DNA of 64,000 nt from Chlorobiota bacterium (GTDB lineage: Bacteria > Bacteroidota > Ignavibacteria > Kapaibacteriales > UBA961), in assembly GCA_039810485.1 (NCBI GenBank), contig JBDHXA010000001.1:756-64755 (forward strand), read 5' to 3'. Both the position numbers and the translations under genes were made by a program. The notes beneath the pieces are model-generated. The model was not told the origin of the DNA. It worked only from the letters and a program-made list of their open reading frames with translations, and did not search any database. Below, piece by piece: positions 48,069 through 59,800 of this stretch. How positions within the stretch are numbered: the first letter of the stretch is position 1; each line of letters starts with the position of its first letter.

Positions 48069-49379
48069 ATGATGTTTCAAACAAAATTACGCCCGTTTAT
48101 AGCAATTACCAAAAAACTGACGGTACGTAATATCTTCAAAAACATCACCACTTCCGAATCGAAAAAAGCAGTTACACTTTACGCGGCTCAGGCATTCGGT
48201 CTTGTCTTTTCTTTTGTTGCGCAAAAATTGAACACTAAATACCTTGTTTCACCAGAAGAATATGGTATTGTAACCGGAAGCTTAGCAATTTTTACTTTTC
48301 TTTATACGATTTTTGAGTTTGGCGTATTTTCATCAGGCGCTCGAATGCTTGCGCGCGCAAAGACGGAAAAAGAAATGCGACAAGTGTGGGGAATCTTGTG
48401 TGTTTTTGTCGGTTTTATTTCGATTAGTTTTTCAATAGTTATCGGGCTTGCAGCTATATTCTTTGATTTTCTTCTTCCGGTTGCAGGAATGAAAGAAGTC
48501 CTTCTCACAACCTCTCTTCTGGCCTGGGTTTTCCCGTTGCAATATTTTTTTCAAGAGACAATACCCGGTTCTCAAAAAATGTATCAGCTTTCAACGTATA
48601 CAATATTTTCAAAATTTTTATATGCAGGAGGATTATTTATAGCAATTAAAATGTTGCAATTAAACTCATCAATTTCGCTCATTCTTAACTTAAGTTCTAT
48701 GGCAATCAGTGGATGCATAACAATTCTTTTGCTAAAACCAATTTTTCGAGGTTGGAAAAGTAAGATTCCAGACTTAAAAAGAGAACTGAAGGAATATGGA
48801 ACTCATGTTTATATTGGCAGATTATTTTCTTTGCCGGCTTTCAATTTAGCAGGGATGCTGGTGCCATTATTAGGAGGTACCGCAGCTTCAGCGTTTTTTT
48901 CTATCGGAGGCAATATCACTACGCCAATGGTGCAGGCAAGCCAGGCAATTTCATCAACATTGTATAAAAATTTCTTAATGCAAAAGCGATTAAAATATCG
49001 CTTAATAGTGATAAATGGCGGAGTGCTTTGCATTATCGGTCTCACAATCTATTTTGGAGCACCAGCGATAATTCGCTTGGCAGCAAGCGAAAAATATTAT
49101 GCTGCCATACCTTTGATGTTCCCATTAGTTTTAGCTGGGTTATTTCAGGGATTGTATCAGCCGCTTAATATATTCGTATCTGCGCATGGTCGAGGCAAAT
49201 GGATGCGGCAAGTCTCGACTGCGGGAGCTGTTTTTGATACAGCTTCCTGTCTTATCCTTATACCTATCTTTGGCGTTGTCGGCGCGTGTTGGCAAAGTGT
49301 TGCTAGCCGTATATTTTGGCTATTGCTCTGCTGGTACAATTACCGTCGAACAGTGCGATATCTAGCAAAAAATCAATAG
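48069..49379 (+). CDS. polysaccharide/oligosaccharide flippase (Wzx/MOP superfamily-like)
   Basis: About 435 aa and about 12-14 TM segments. Divergent from the fusion gene. ATG 48069 is preferred over the overlapping ORF-track start at 48030. Confidence 0.6.
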   Translation: MMFQTKLRPFIAITKKLTVRNIFKNITTSESKKAVTLYAAQAFGLVFSFVAQKLNTKYLVSPEEYGIVTGSLAIFTFLYTIFEFGVFSSGARMLARAKTEKEMRQVWGILCVFVGFISISFSIVIGLAAIFFDFLLPVAGMKEVLLTTSLLAWVFPLQYFFQETIPGSQKMYQLSTYTIFSKFLYAGGLFIAIKMLQLNSSISLILNLSSMAISGCITILLLKPIFRGWKSKIPDLKRELKEYGTHVYIGRLFSLPAFNLAGMLVPLLGGTAASAFFSIGGNITTPMVQASQAISSTLYKNFLMQKRLKYRLIVINGGVLCIIGLTIYFGAPAIIRLAASEKYYAAIPLMFPLVLAGLFQGLYQPLNIFVSAHGRGKWMRQVSTAGAVFDTASCLILIPIFGVVGACWQSVASRIFWLLLCWYNYRRTVRYLAKNQ

Positions 49380-49386
49380 AATATTT

Positions 49387-50736
49387 CTATGTTAAAACAA
49401 TATTTAATGGCATATAATCAGCCGTTTGTTCGGCATTTTCTTCATTGTTCATTATTGTGCCTTTTACAAATTCACCTTCAAGTTCTACGAGCTGAACGCG
49501 AACGGGACTATGCCCGAGACGATATCCGCCTCTAAATATAGTTCTTACATAATTTTCCGTCCAACCTATCCAAGTTCCTGTTGTTGCGTCGAAAGTTTCT
49601 GGGATTACTGTTCGGACAGTGCATAATTGTGATTGGTAAAATTCTTGTTTTTTTATGTTAGACAAATCCCGCAGACGGTTTGTGCGCGCTTGTTTAATTT
49701 TTGCCGCCACTTTACCCTGAAATTCAGCTGCCGGAGTATTTGTGCGTTCCGAGTAGGAAAATACATGAAAATAAGAGGCAGGCGATTCGCTGAGAAATTG
49801 AAAAGTTTCCTCAAAATGACGGTCTGATTCGCCCGGAAACCCACTGATTACGTCTATTCCTATGCAGCAATCGGGTATTGCACTTTTAATGCTGTGAAGC
49901 AAATCTGAGTAGAATTGAGCAATATACCGTCTTCGCATGAGTCGTAATATATCGGAAGAGCCACTTTGAAGCGGAATATGAAAGTGCGGAACAATAATTT
50001 TTGAAGATGCGACAAGCTCCAGAATTTCCGTTTTGAGCAAGTTTGGCTCGATAGACGATATACGAACGCGAAATGAAGGACTCAACTCTTCGATTTTTTT
50101 CAAAACATCGAAAAACTTCTCGCCGTTCGAAGATGTATAATCTCCTAAGTTGATACCTGTAAGGACAACTTCGCGATATCCGGCTTCTTCTAAGGAATGA
50201 AACTGCGCCTCAATTGTCTCGAATCCCATGCTTCTGCTTCCGCCTCTGGCGATAGGAATTGTGCAGAAACTGCATGAATAGCTGCAACCATCTTGCATTT
50301 TGAGAAAAGCCCGAGTTCGGCTGTCTCCATCAGATGATTTTGCCATTTCAAAATTCATATTCTGGGCTTCTGTTACGAAGATTTTGGTTGCATCGAGTTT
50401 CTCGAATGATGAAATATGCTGTAAAATTGAAAATTTATCGGCAGTTCCAAATACGGCATCAACGCCGTCTATTGAGGCAATCTCTTCGGGCTTTAGCTGA
50501 GCATAGCAACCAGCGACTGCAATAAAAGCATTCGGTGAAATGCGTAATGCACGACGAATAATTTTTCTACATTCTGCGTCTGCACTATCGGTAACAGAGC
50601 AAGTATTAATTATAACTGCGTCAGCCGGTTCGTCAAAAGGAATAATAGTGTGACCAGCTTTGCGAAATTGCTCGCCGATCGAGGAAGTTTCAGCGTAGTT
50701 CAGTTTGCAACCAAGCGTGTATAAGGCAACTTTCAT
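49387..50736 (-). CDS. mtaB: tRNA t6A37 methylthiotransferase MtaB (radical SAM)
   Basis: N-terminal UPF0004 LGCKLNYAE, radical-SAM CSYSCSFCTIP and a C-terminal TRAM-like region. No MiaB-specific context. Confidence 0.8.
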   Translation of the reverse strand: MKVALYTLGCKLNYAETSSIGEQFRKAGHTIIPFDEPADAVIINTCSVTDSADAECRKIIRRALRISPNAFIAVAGCYAQLKPEEIASIDGVDAVFGTADKFSILQHISSFEKLDATKIFVTEAQNMNFEMAKSSDGDSRTRAFLKMQDGCSYSCSFCTIPIARGGSRSMGFETIEAQFHSLEEAGYREVVLTGINLGDYTSSNGEKFFDVLKKIEELSPSFRVRISSIEPNLLKTEILELVASSKIIVPHFHIPLQSGSSDILRLMRRRYIAQFYSDLLHSIKSAIPDCCIGIDVISGFPGESDRHFEETFQFLSESPASYFHVFSYSERTNTPAAEFQGKVAAKIKQARTNRLRDLSNIKKQEFYQSQLCTVRTVIPETFDATTGTWIGWTENYVRTIFRGGYRLGHSPVRVQLVELEGEFVKGTIMNNEENAEQTADYMPLNIVLT

Positions 50737-50764
50737 TTGATTTCTAATTAACATTTCGAACTTT

Positions 50765-52882
50765 TTAGCGAATTACGGTCAGTGGTATCATTGTGTCAGC
50801 GCCGTCAATACTCAGGCGTACATAATACATACCGTTGGGAATATTGCACTCTTTATTTAATGTGTATTTTCCTGCCGGTACAATCGTATTATATAAGTTT
50901 TGGATATTTCTTCCTGTAACGTCATAGAGATTGATTTTTACAAGAGATTCGTTTCGCAAAACGAAAAAGTGCAATGAAATTTCATTTCCAGAAAGTGGAT
51001 TAGGCGAAAGCGAACTTTTGTTGAAATCAGAGGATTCGCTCACCGATAAAGCCGTTGAAGTTCGGAGGCAAAGAATATCTTCGTTTTCATCAACAATAGC
51101 AGATGCTACCGGAAAATCTGTTATAAATTCAAATTCTTGTCTTCGCTGATTATTCAATACTGTAAAAATTTGTTTTTTTCCGTCAGCACTTTTTACAGTA
51201 AGATTGACCGGCATAACAAATACTTCTGGGATATTATCGCCTGATTGATTTTGTTTTAATGTAATTTTTATTAAATACTGACCTGATTGCTCTTGTGTCG
51301 AAAACTCGACATCGTATTCAGGATGACCGCGCTTATAAAGCCACTGGTCGAAGAAAGTTCGAATAGGCACAGCCGGCGAAGAAACTTCTTGTTCAAACAC
51401 AGCAAGCATATCTTCGGTTTCAGCGTACGAAAAGGCGTATTTATTCAGATATTTTCGCATTGTAGGGAAGAATAGGCTGTCGCCTACAACATAACGCAGC
51501 ATTGAGTATACCCATCCTGCTTTTGCATAAGTAGTGCCATAGTTGAACACATTTTCAAATGGTATGCCCCACACGGCTGGCTGCTCTCTCTGCATATAGC
51601 CATTTTTAGCGTTTCGCAGAAAATTATGATATCCGAGTTTCCCATCTTTATACTCAGCCCAAAGAGCCTCTCCAAAGGTAGCACCGCCCTCATTAAGCCA
51701 AATATCCGCCCAAGTTGCGCACGTTACGTAATCGCCAGTCCATTGATGCATAAGCTCATGCGCGAAGCCGGACTCGTCCAATCCATGTAGCCATGAGCGG
51801 TTTACAGTTGTTAACGATTGGTGTTCCATACCGCCGTAGTAAAATGGATGCACTACAGTATGTCCGTAATTCTTAAAGGGATATTCTATATATTTCTCTG
51901 AAAAAACCTTTATCATTTCAGGCAGGCGAACAACCGAGTTTCTCAGATTGTATTTGTCCGATGTTGTTCCAGTTTCATCAATATCCTCCTGCCACGCATA
52001 GTTGTCAATCGGGATGCTGTCTAATGAATTAGTTGTTCGGTTATACCATTGGCGGTACAGTCCAAACTGCGATGCGTTGACACATACAAGATAAGTCGAA
52101 ATAGGCGTGCTGTCGCTCCAGAAATATATTCTTGTGGTATTCACTATGTTAATTATCGGGCTTCCCTGTATGCTAGAACTTGCGGTAAAATTATGTTCGG
52201 TATTCGACGAAAAGGGAAGAGCAAGTCTAATTGAAAATTGAGCTTTGTCATAAGGATTGTCGTTGCATGGCATCCAAAAGCGCGCATCGGCAGGTTCGCT
52301 CATGGTATAAGCAATTGGTGCAAGTGTTCTTACAGAGTCGCCATTGCGACCCATTCCAACAAAAAATCCTTTAGGGTAAAGAAACAACCCTCTATTTTCC
52401 TGACTCGTTCTCGTGTAATATACTGAAAATGAAAAAGTGTCACCTTTGGAAAGTGGAGATGGTAGAGCAATAGTAAATCCGCTGTTTTCGGCTAACATCG
52501 TAAAAGGCAGTTTGGTCGTTAAATCGCTGGCTAATACATTTTCTATTTGCATTGCTGATGCATCCAAGACGATAGTTTGCAACCCGGTTGAATCACAGCG
52601 GGCAGTAATATGATTTACGCCCTTAAAAGTATGATCTGGCTGTCCGCTTAGTGCTGTTTGCAAAGGATTTACCCAGTCCATCATCAAATCATATTTTAGC
52701 ACATCATAGGGACGCTTAACAAGCGCTCGTTGTCCATCTAATATCATTGGCTTAGAATGATAGTTCGAGAATCTGTGCTCTTGTTCTTGAGAAGCGTTCG
52801 GACGCAGAATATTAGGAATTTCTCCGAACATACTGGTACAGAAGGCGAATACGATAGTAAAAAGGGTTAGCAAGGTTTTCAT
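50765..52882 (-). CDS. M1 family zinc metallopeptidase with T9SS C-terminal sorting domain
   Basis: HELMHQWTGD plus WLNEGGATF. Signal peptide. C-terminal SPNPLSGNEISLHF...GMYYVRL tail. Confidence 0.85.
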   Translation of the reverse strand: MKTLLTLFTIVFAFCTSMFGEIPNILRPNASQEQEHRFSNYHSKPMILDGQRALVKRPYDVLKYDLMMDWVNPLQTALSGQPDHTFKGVNHITARCDSTGLQTIVLDASAMQIENVLASDLTTKLPFTMLAENSGFTIALPSPLSKGDTFSFSVYYTRTSQENRGLFLYPKGFFVGMGRNGDSVRTLAPIAYTMSEPADARFWMPCNDNPYDKAQFSIRLALPFSSNTEHNFTASSSIQGSPIINIVNTTRIYFWSDSTPISTYLVCVNASQFGLYRQWYNRTTNSLDSIPIDNYAWQEDIDETGTTSDKYNLRNSVVRLPEMIKVFSEKYIEYPFKNYGHTVVHPFYYGGMEHQSLTTVNRSWLHGLDESGFAHELMHQWTGDYVTCATWADIWLNEGGATFGEALWAEYKDGKLGYHNFLRNAKNGYMQREQPAVWGIPFENVFNYGTTYAKAGWVYSMLRYVVGDSLFFPTMRKYLNKYAFSYAETEDMLAVFEQEVSSPAVPIRTFFDQWLYKRGHPEYDVEFSTQEQSGQYLIKITLKQNQSGDNIPEVFVMPVNLTVKSADGKKQIFTVLNNQRRQEFEFITDFPVASAIVDENEDILCLRTSTALSVSESSDFNKSSLSPNPLSGNEISLHFFVLRNESLVKINLYDVTGRNIQNLYNTIVPAGKYTLNKECNIPNGMYYVRLSIDGADTMIPLTVIR

Positions 52883-53009
52883 AGTTTATGGCACCACACG
52901 ATAAAAAGTGAGGAAAGAGAATGAGAAAGTTGTAAGCAGCATTATTAATTTACAAACAGACAGTTGTAAAATTTCAGTCAAACAATCGAATATTGAATAC
53001 AATGTTACA

Positions 53010-54596
53010 CTACTGCAAGGGATCAGCTTTTTGGGGCAAGTATGGCAATACAATGGAAGAATTTGCAATTCGCCACACACATTTTCCGCATAGTTCGGCA
53101 ACGCGAAGCAATTTGGGAAAATTGATTTTATCCGCTTCGTCGCCTAATCCGTGATAATCGGCATGTTCACCGGTAAAGAAAAACAATACCGGAATTTTGT
53201 TCATTGCAAAACTTGCCTGATCGCTTCTAAAAAAGAAACTTTCAATATTATATGCAATTTTGAAAGGATGCTTTAACTCCTTGTTTTCTTCTTCTGCTAT
53301 GTCGGCCAATTCTTTGCAGCGAGTATTGCCGCCAAGCGACAAGGAGTCGTCGGAATTACGTCCAATCATATCCAAATTGAACATTGCCTTGCATTCTTTA
53401 AGTGGTAAAAGCGGCGAATCGCAATACGCTTTTGATCCGAACAATCCTTTTTCTTCGCCGCTGAAAGCAATAAACACTATCGAGCGTTTTGGATTTGATT
53501 GTGCAAATTGTTCGGCAAGCAAAAGCAATCCTGTTGTGCCGGAAGCATTATCATCGGCGCCATTGAACACAGTATCGGTATTTGGAGCTTTGGCATGAAG
53601 CCAGCCAACATGGTCGTAATGCGCTCCAATAATAACATAATCGTTAGTCGTATCGCTTCCTTTAATGATGCCAACAACATTTTTAGCCGTGATGTTGTCG
53701 GTTTGTAAGTTGACTGTAAGTTCGGATGCTGAGACGGAGTCTATAGGAAATGACTGTGGTTGTCCACTTTTTACAATGCGAGTTTGTATCTCTGTGAGCG
53801 TAGATAAGCTGCCAAACAATGCAGATATAATATTTTCACCAATACTGATGAATGGAATTAACGAATCGGAGCTTTTCGAAGCTAACTGCAAAGGCAGTGC
53901 ATCTTCCGACATCTTAGGGAAAAGTGATGGCCAGGGGAATCCGCTTGGTTTAGGCAGAATAGAATTACTTAGCAAACTGACATTAACGACCAAACAGCCG
54001 ACAGCGCCGTGCCGCAATGCTGTGCGTGCCTTTGCTGAATAGAGAGAATATTGCCATATTTGCCGACGTAACGCACTGTCTTTCAGAATTGAATCTGAGA
54101 AATTGGGAACTCCTCGAAAAAAAACGACAACTTTTCCGCGAACATCTATTCCATTATAATCATCATAGTGCAATTCAGGAATCTGAATACCATAGCCGAC
54201 AAAAGCAATAGCAGTATTTCTTAGCTCGCCAGAGCCGGTGTTTTCAAAGGGAACATAGTCATCTTTTGGAATATATGTTGTTTCATGTGATGGAGTTTTG
54301 ATGCGCAGCGTCAAATTATTGCCAAGCCGAGAGCGCTGTAGTTTGTAATTATGGAAGTAGCTTCCGTTAATGGGTAATAATCCATAATTTGAAAATTGAT
54401 TTGCAATATAATTGGCGGCTTTGTCAAGTTCTGGGCTTGGCGTATTGCGTCCTTTCAACGAATCGGATGCAAGGAAATACAAGTGTCCTTTTGCGCGTTT
54501 AATAGCATCAGGTTCGTTGGCAATTGCTGGCAATAGAAGAAATGAACTTGCAGCTAGCAGACCTAAAAAAGCGAAGATATGATGTTTGGCAAGCAT
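53010..54596 (-). CDS. M28 family aminopeptidase with PA domain
   Basis: Signal peptide. HYDH, GADDNASGTTGLL and FSGEEKGLFGS metal-ligand motifs. Confidence 0.8.
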   Translation of the reverse strand: MLAKHHIFAFLGLLAASSFLLLPAIANEPDAIKRAKGHLYFLASDSLKGRNTPSPELDKAANYIANQFSNYGLLPINGSYFHNYKLQRSRLGNNLTLRIKTPSHETTYIPKDDYVPFENTGSGELRNTAIAFVGYGIQIPELHYDDYNGIDVRGKVVVFFRGVPNFSDSILKDSALRRQIWQYSLYSAKARTALRHGAVGCLVVNVSLLSNSILPKPSGFPWPSLFPKMSEDALPLQLASKSSDSLIPFISIGENIISALFGSLSTLTEIQTRIVKSGQPQSFPIDSVSASELTVNLQTDNITAKNVVGIIKGSDTTNDYVIIGAHYDHVGWLHAKAPNTDTVFNGADDNASGTTGLLLLAEQFAQSNPKRSIVFIAFSGEEKGLFGSKAYCDSPLLPLKECKAMFNLDMIGRNSDDSLSLGGNTRCKELADIAEEENKELKHPFKIAYNIESFFFRSDQASFAMNKIPVLFFFTGEHADYHGLGDEADKINFPKLLRVAELCGKCVWRIANSSIVLPYLPQKADPLQ

Positions 54597-54697
54597 AGGA
54601 AGCCATTTTAAGATATGGAATTAACATCAGGGAGTTGAAATATATGCTATAAGATTTCGCAGGTATTTTTCCTTTCTAAAACGAATTTTTGCAATTG

Positions 54698-55648
54698 CTA
54701 CTGCGCCGCTTCAATTGCTTCGATAAGATCATAGCACTGATAGCGATCGTCATTGATCTGGGAAAGAAACAGATCAGCACTGGCAAATTTTCGTTCGTTG
54801 CGAACAAATTTGAGAAATTGCACTTTTAAGTTCATATCATATAGCATACCGCTGAAATTCAAGTAATTAACCTCAAGCGAGGCTTCAGTGTCGTTAGTGA
54901 AAGTTGGTCTGACGCCGACATTTGCCATGCCGTATATAAGTCGTTCTTCGATTTTGGATGAAACAAGATACACTCCATTGCCCGGAAGCAGTTTGTTTGT
55001 ATCCGATATCTGAATATTCGCTGTTGGTGCTCCTAATCGTCGTCCACGTCCGTCGCCACGAGCAACAATTCCCTGCACAAAATAGGAATAGCCCAGCATA
55101 TTGTTGGCTTCCTCGATATTCTTAGCGTATAATGTCTTGCGAATTTTTGTGCTGCTGATATCAATGCCGTCAAGTTCGAAAGCAGAAATTTTTTCAACCT
55201 CAAATCCAGCTTCAATACCAACTCGGCGTATAGTATCTTCTCCGCCTTCGCGATCTTTCCCAAATACGTGGTCATACCCGACTAAATATTTAGAAACACC
55301 TATATTCTTCACAAGAAAATCTCGAACAAACTGTTCCGGGCTGATTCGCGAAAATTCTAATGTGAACGGAATTATTACAACCGTTCCAATGCCGTGCTCT
55401 TCAAGAAGTTGCAGGCGTTCTTCGAGTGTGTTAAGAAGGCGAATTGGCTCTCTGTCAGATTTCTTCAAGACAAGCTGAGGATGAGGATCGAATGTAACGA
55501 CAATAGGAATGCCGTTTATTTCACGCGCTGATTCTATTAAGCGGCCGATGAGAAATTGATGTCCTCGATGAACGCCGTCGAAGGTGCCGACGGTTATTAC
55601 GTGCGGTTGAGAATCAAGCAACACATCATGGATGGATTGCACTTTCAT
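54698..55648 (-). CDS. ribF: bifunctional riboflavin kinase / FMN adenylyltransferase
   Basis: GTFDGVHRGHQ nucleotidyltransferase motif and a C-terminal riboflavin kinase region (G.G..LG.PTAN). Confidence 0.9.
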   Translation of the reverse strand: MKVQSIHDVLLDSQPHVITVGTFDGVHRGHQFLIGRLIESAREINGIPIVVTFDPHPQLVLKKSDREPIRLLNTLEERLQLLEEHGIGTVVIIPFTLEFSRISPEQFVRDFLVKNIGVSKYLVGYDHVFGKDREGGEDTIRRVGIEAGFEVEKISAFELDGIDISSTKIRKTLYAKNIEEANNMLGYSYFVQGIVARGDGRGRRLGAPTANIQISDTNKLLPGNGVYLVSSKIEERLIYGMANVGVRPTFTNDTEASLEVNYLNFSGMLYDMNLKVQFLKFVRNERKFASADLFLSQINDDRYQCYDLIEAIEAAQ

Positions 55649-55688
55649 CGGACATTGCTCCTGAATTCGAAAAATTGTTAATGTTCAA

Positions 55689-56426
55689 TCAAAAAATTGT
55701 GCTTGAAGCGTTACGCACGTCAGAGATTGAAACAGCATTGTCAGCAATAAAATCGCCAATTGCTGTTCGCCGTAGTGAAGCTAAATAACCGCCGCATCCA
55801 AGGGCAGCGCCGACATCACGAGCCAACGATCTTATATAAGTGCCTTTGCTGCAAATGACATCTATCTCTATAAACGGAAGCGCAATATTTTGTACTGCAA
55901 TGTCGGCGATATGCACTTTTCGCGGTTGAGGTTCAACCTTTATGCCTTTTCGCGCGGATTTATACAAGGGCTGTCCGGACATTTTTACTGCAGAAAATGC
56001 CGGAGGTATTTGCTCTATTGCACCTTGAAAGTTTTGTAAAATCTCAACTATTTTTGAGAATGTCACAAAATTTGTGTCTGTCATATTTTCTTCCGGTGCT
56101 TCGGCATCATCTGTTCTTGTTGTTGCTCCAAGCTTTATTGTTGCCGCATAGCGTTTGTCAAGACCTTGAAATTCTTCAATACGCTTAGTGGCTTTTCCCA
56201 AACAAACAATGAGCAATCCGGTTGCAAGTGGATCAAGTGTGCCGGCATGTCCAATTTTGCGAATATGCGTCAACGACCTTAGTTTTGCCACCACATCGAA
56301 GGATGTCCAATGCATTTCTTTATTAATCAAAGCCATTGCGCCGTCAGATCGAGCCGCGTTAAACCATGAACTAATATCACTGTCCAAATTTTGCCTTGAG
56401 AGCATAGGCATCCCTATTTCACTCAT
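55689..56426 (-). CDS. truB: tRNA pseudouridine(55) synthase
   Basis: GHAGTLDPLATGLL catalytic Asp motif. The start overlaps the rbfA stop by 4 nt. Confidence 0.9.
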   Translation of the reverse strand: MSEIGMPMLSRQNLDSDISSWFNAARSDGAMALINKEMHWTSFDVVAKLRSLTHIRKIGHAGTLDPLATGLLIVCLGKATKRIEEFQGLDKRYAATIKLGATTRTDDAEAPEENMTDTNFVTFSKIVEILQNFQGAIEQIPPAFSAVKMSGQPLYKSARKGIKVEPQPRKVHIADIAVQNIALPFIEIDVICSKGTYIRSLARDVGAALGCGGYLASLRRTAIGDFIADNAVSISDVRNASSTIF

Positions 56427-56827
56427 TCACTGGTATCGGTATTATCATGGAAATGCTGCTCTTCACGAGCAATGCGAAGCTCTTCGTCCTTTTGCCTCAC
56501 ATTATGAAGCAGCGAAGAAATATTGTTCATAGCGTCTAGCGTCTCGTCCTTGAAAAAGCGCAATTCAGGCGCATGGCGAAGATTTATTTGTCGCGCCACA
56601 AATGATCGAATTTTTTTCTTATCTTCTTCAATGCGCTCCATCACATCAGCAATGGTTGCTTTTCCACCAAAAACGCTAATATAAATTTTTACAGATTGCA
56701 AATCATCTGCTACTTTTACTGAGGTTACAGTAATAAGCCCGGCAGAAAGCTCCGAAGCGATTTTACGCAATGGATCGGATAGCGCTTCTTTAATGAGGCC
56801 GGCGACTTTCTCAGTACGAATAGACAT
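56423..56827 (-). CDS. rbfA: ribosome-binding factor A
   Basis: R.EKVAGLIKEAL N-terminus from ATG 56827. Conserved position between infB and truB. Confidence 0.85.
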   Translation of the reverse strand: MSIRTEKVAGLIKEALSDPLRKIASELSAGLITVTSVKVADDLQSVKIYISVFGGKATIADVMERIEEDKKKIRSFVARQINLRHAPELRFFKDETLDAMNNISSLLHNVRQKDEELRIAREEQHFHDNTDTSE

Positions 56828-56880
56828 GTTAATTGATAAATATAATATGCTGGAAACACCGCGGTTAAGCAATTAGTACA

Positions 56881-59800
56881 TTAGCTTAGCTTGCGTTTGA
56901 TTTCAACAGTTTTTACCGATTCAATGATGTCGCCAATTTCAATATCGTTGAAATTATGCAGCAGAATGCCGCATTCATAGCCGGCATCTACCTCGCGAAC
57001 ATCTTCTTTGATGCGCTTGAGCGAGTGCAATGTACCCTTGAAAACTGGGAAGCCCTCGCGAAGAACACGGACGCGGTCGTTTCTTGTAATTTTGCCGCTT
57101 TGCACATAACATCCGGCAATGACGCCGGTTTTGCTAATGCGGAAAGTTTGACGCACTTCAACAACTCCAGTAATTTCTTCTTTTATTTCAGGCGAAAGAA
57201 GACCTTCGAGCGCCATTTGAATTTCATTAATGCAGTCATAGATAATGGAATACAACCGAATATCAATAGATTCATGCTCGGCAGATTTCCGTGCGGCAGC
57301 AGTTGGCTGCACATTAAATCCAATGACAATGGCGTCGGAAGCAGAGGCAAGCATCACGTCTGTCTCGGAAATAGCACCTACGCTAGCATGAAGGATATTA
57401 ACTTGCACTTCGCTGTTTGACAATTTAAGCAACGAGTCGCTAAGCGCTTCTACCGAACCGCCTACATCACCTTTGATCAGTAATCGAAGATCTTTAACGC
57501 CGCCTTGTTGAATTTGCTGAGAAATTTCATCAAGCGTTTTATGACGAACTTGGCGGAATTGCTGTTCGCGAGCAAGCTGCTGGCGTTGATTTGCAATTGA
57601 ACGTGCTTGTACGTCGGAGTCCATCACATTATATAAGTCGCCTGCTTGAGGCAATCCGTCGAAGCCGGAGACCTGAACTGGAGTAGATGGAGCAGCTTCT
57701 TCTACACGATTGCCGCGCTCGTCATACATTGCTCGAACACGTCCGGAATGAATGCCGGCAATAAATGCATCGCCAATTCTAAGAGTGCCTTTCTGAACCA
57801 TTACAGTAGCCAATATGCCTTTGCCTTTGTCCAAGTGCGCTTCGATAATTGTTCCGCGAGCATGACGGTTAGGATTGGCTTTTAGCTCCAAAATTTCTGC
57901 TTCTAACAGCACTTTTTCAAGCAGAGCGTCGATATTCTTGCCTATTTTTGCAGATACTTCTACGCATTGCGCTGTTCCGCCCCATTCCTCAACGAGCAAA
58001 CCACGATTAGCTAACTGCTGACGAATTGTATCGGGATGAGCATCCGGTCTGTCAATTTTATTGATTGCTACAACAATTGGAACATTTGCAGCTTGAGCAT
58101 GGCTGATTGCTTCAATGGTCTGAGGCATCACGTTATCGTCGGCTGCAACCACAAGAATCACAATGTCGGTAACTTTTGCGCCGCGAGCGCGCATGGCTGT
58201 AAATGCTTCATGTCCGGGAGTGTCGAGGAACGACACAAATTTGCCGTTTGGAAGTTCTACGCGATATGCGCCTATATGCTGTGTAATTCCTCCTGCTTCG
58301 CCGGCAACCACATTGGCTTTGCGAATATAATCAAGCAAAGAGGTTTTTCCGTGATCAACGTGTCCCATTATTGTAACAATAGGCGGACGCGGCTGCAATG
58401 ATGATTCATCATCTGCTTCGTCTTCAAGCATTTCTGTGGACTGCTCATCCACAAATTCAACTTGAAAGCCATAATCATCGGCTATCAAAGTTATAGTGTC
58501 TTTGTCTAACCGCTGATTGATGCTCACCATCAGTCCAAGCTTCATACACTTCACGATAATTTCGCTGGCGCTTACCCGCATTAAATTTGCAAGCTCACCG
58601 GTGGTAACAAACTCAGTAAGTTGAAGAATTGACGAGTCGCGTTCTTTCTCTTCGAGTCGTAGTAACTCTTTTTCTTCACGCTCGGCTTTTTTCTTTTGAC
58701 GCATTTTACTGCGAAAGCCCACAGACGAAGTTTCGTCCATGCCATGCAATGTTTCGCGTATTACTTTGTCTATTTCTTCGCCGGAAATTTGTTCTCTTAT
58801 TGATTTTTTTCTTTTTTTCTTCTTTTCATTTGGACGTGCATCTTCAGAGCTTGTCGTACTTTGAAGCGAAGAACCCGACTTTGCAAATTTGTGAAATGGC
58901 TTGTCTGCCCCTAATTGAATTTTTTTATCGTTGTCTTGTTTAGGCTGTGAAGTAGAAAGCGTCTTTTTCGATCGTTGCACATTGTCTTGAGAATGCTGAT
59001 GTCTGTTTGAGTCGCTACTGTAGCTGCGGTCCCTATTGGGGTTCTGGTTACGGCCTTGTCTATTATCGTTATAGGTGTTGGGTTGCGTTTGACGTTTAAG
59101 GTCAATTTTACCAACGATTGTAAGTCCGGGAAGTTGAGGCATAGCGCCCGCTTCATATTCAATCTCAAGTATTCTGCGCCGTTTTTTTCTTTTTCTATTT
59201 CCTGCCTGGGAATCTTCCTTTGCAGTTGTATCTTCTTGTTGCTCTTGATTCGCATCTATAGGCGCTTCGCTCTTTGCTTCTGTTGCTGCTATATCTGTTA
59301 GATCTGCTTCTATTGATGCGGGAGTTTCCAACGGTTGAGCTTGTGTGATATGTGCAATATCTGGCTCTGCATCTTCCGATTTTTCGGCTGGTGCGGTATG
59401 TTTCTTATTCCTAGCAGATGATTTTTCCGTTGTTCTCTTTGTTTCTGAAATAGTATCAGCTATTGTTGGCTTATTTTCAGTTTCTTGCAGCGTTGTTTCA
59501 ACAATAGGTAGTTTTTCATCTACTATGACTTTTTCGCCATATTTTTCTTCGGTTAAAAAATCGTCTGTACGGGTTTCTTGCTGAATGATAGAGTTTGAAA
59601 TCTCCGAAATTTTGGACATTTCTTCGGAAATCTGCGCTGTATTCTCGGTCGTTGCAGCTGGTTCTGAGGACTCTGTATTGTCTTCTTCTGTATTTGCTAT
59701 TCGAGATGAACGTTGATGCTGCTCTAATCTCTCGCGATGCTTTTCGGCAGCTTTATACTCTTTCTGAAATTTTGCCAGAACAATTTCTGTCATTTCATCA

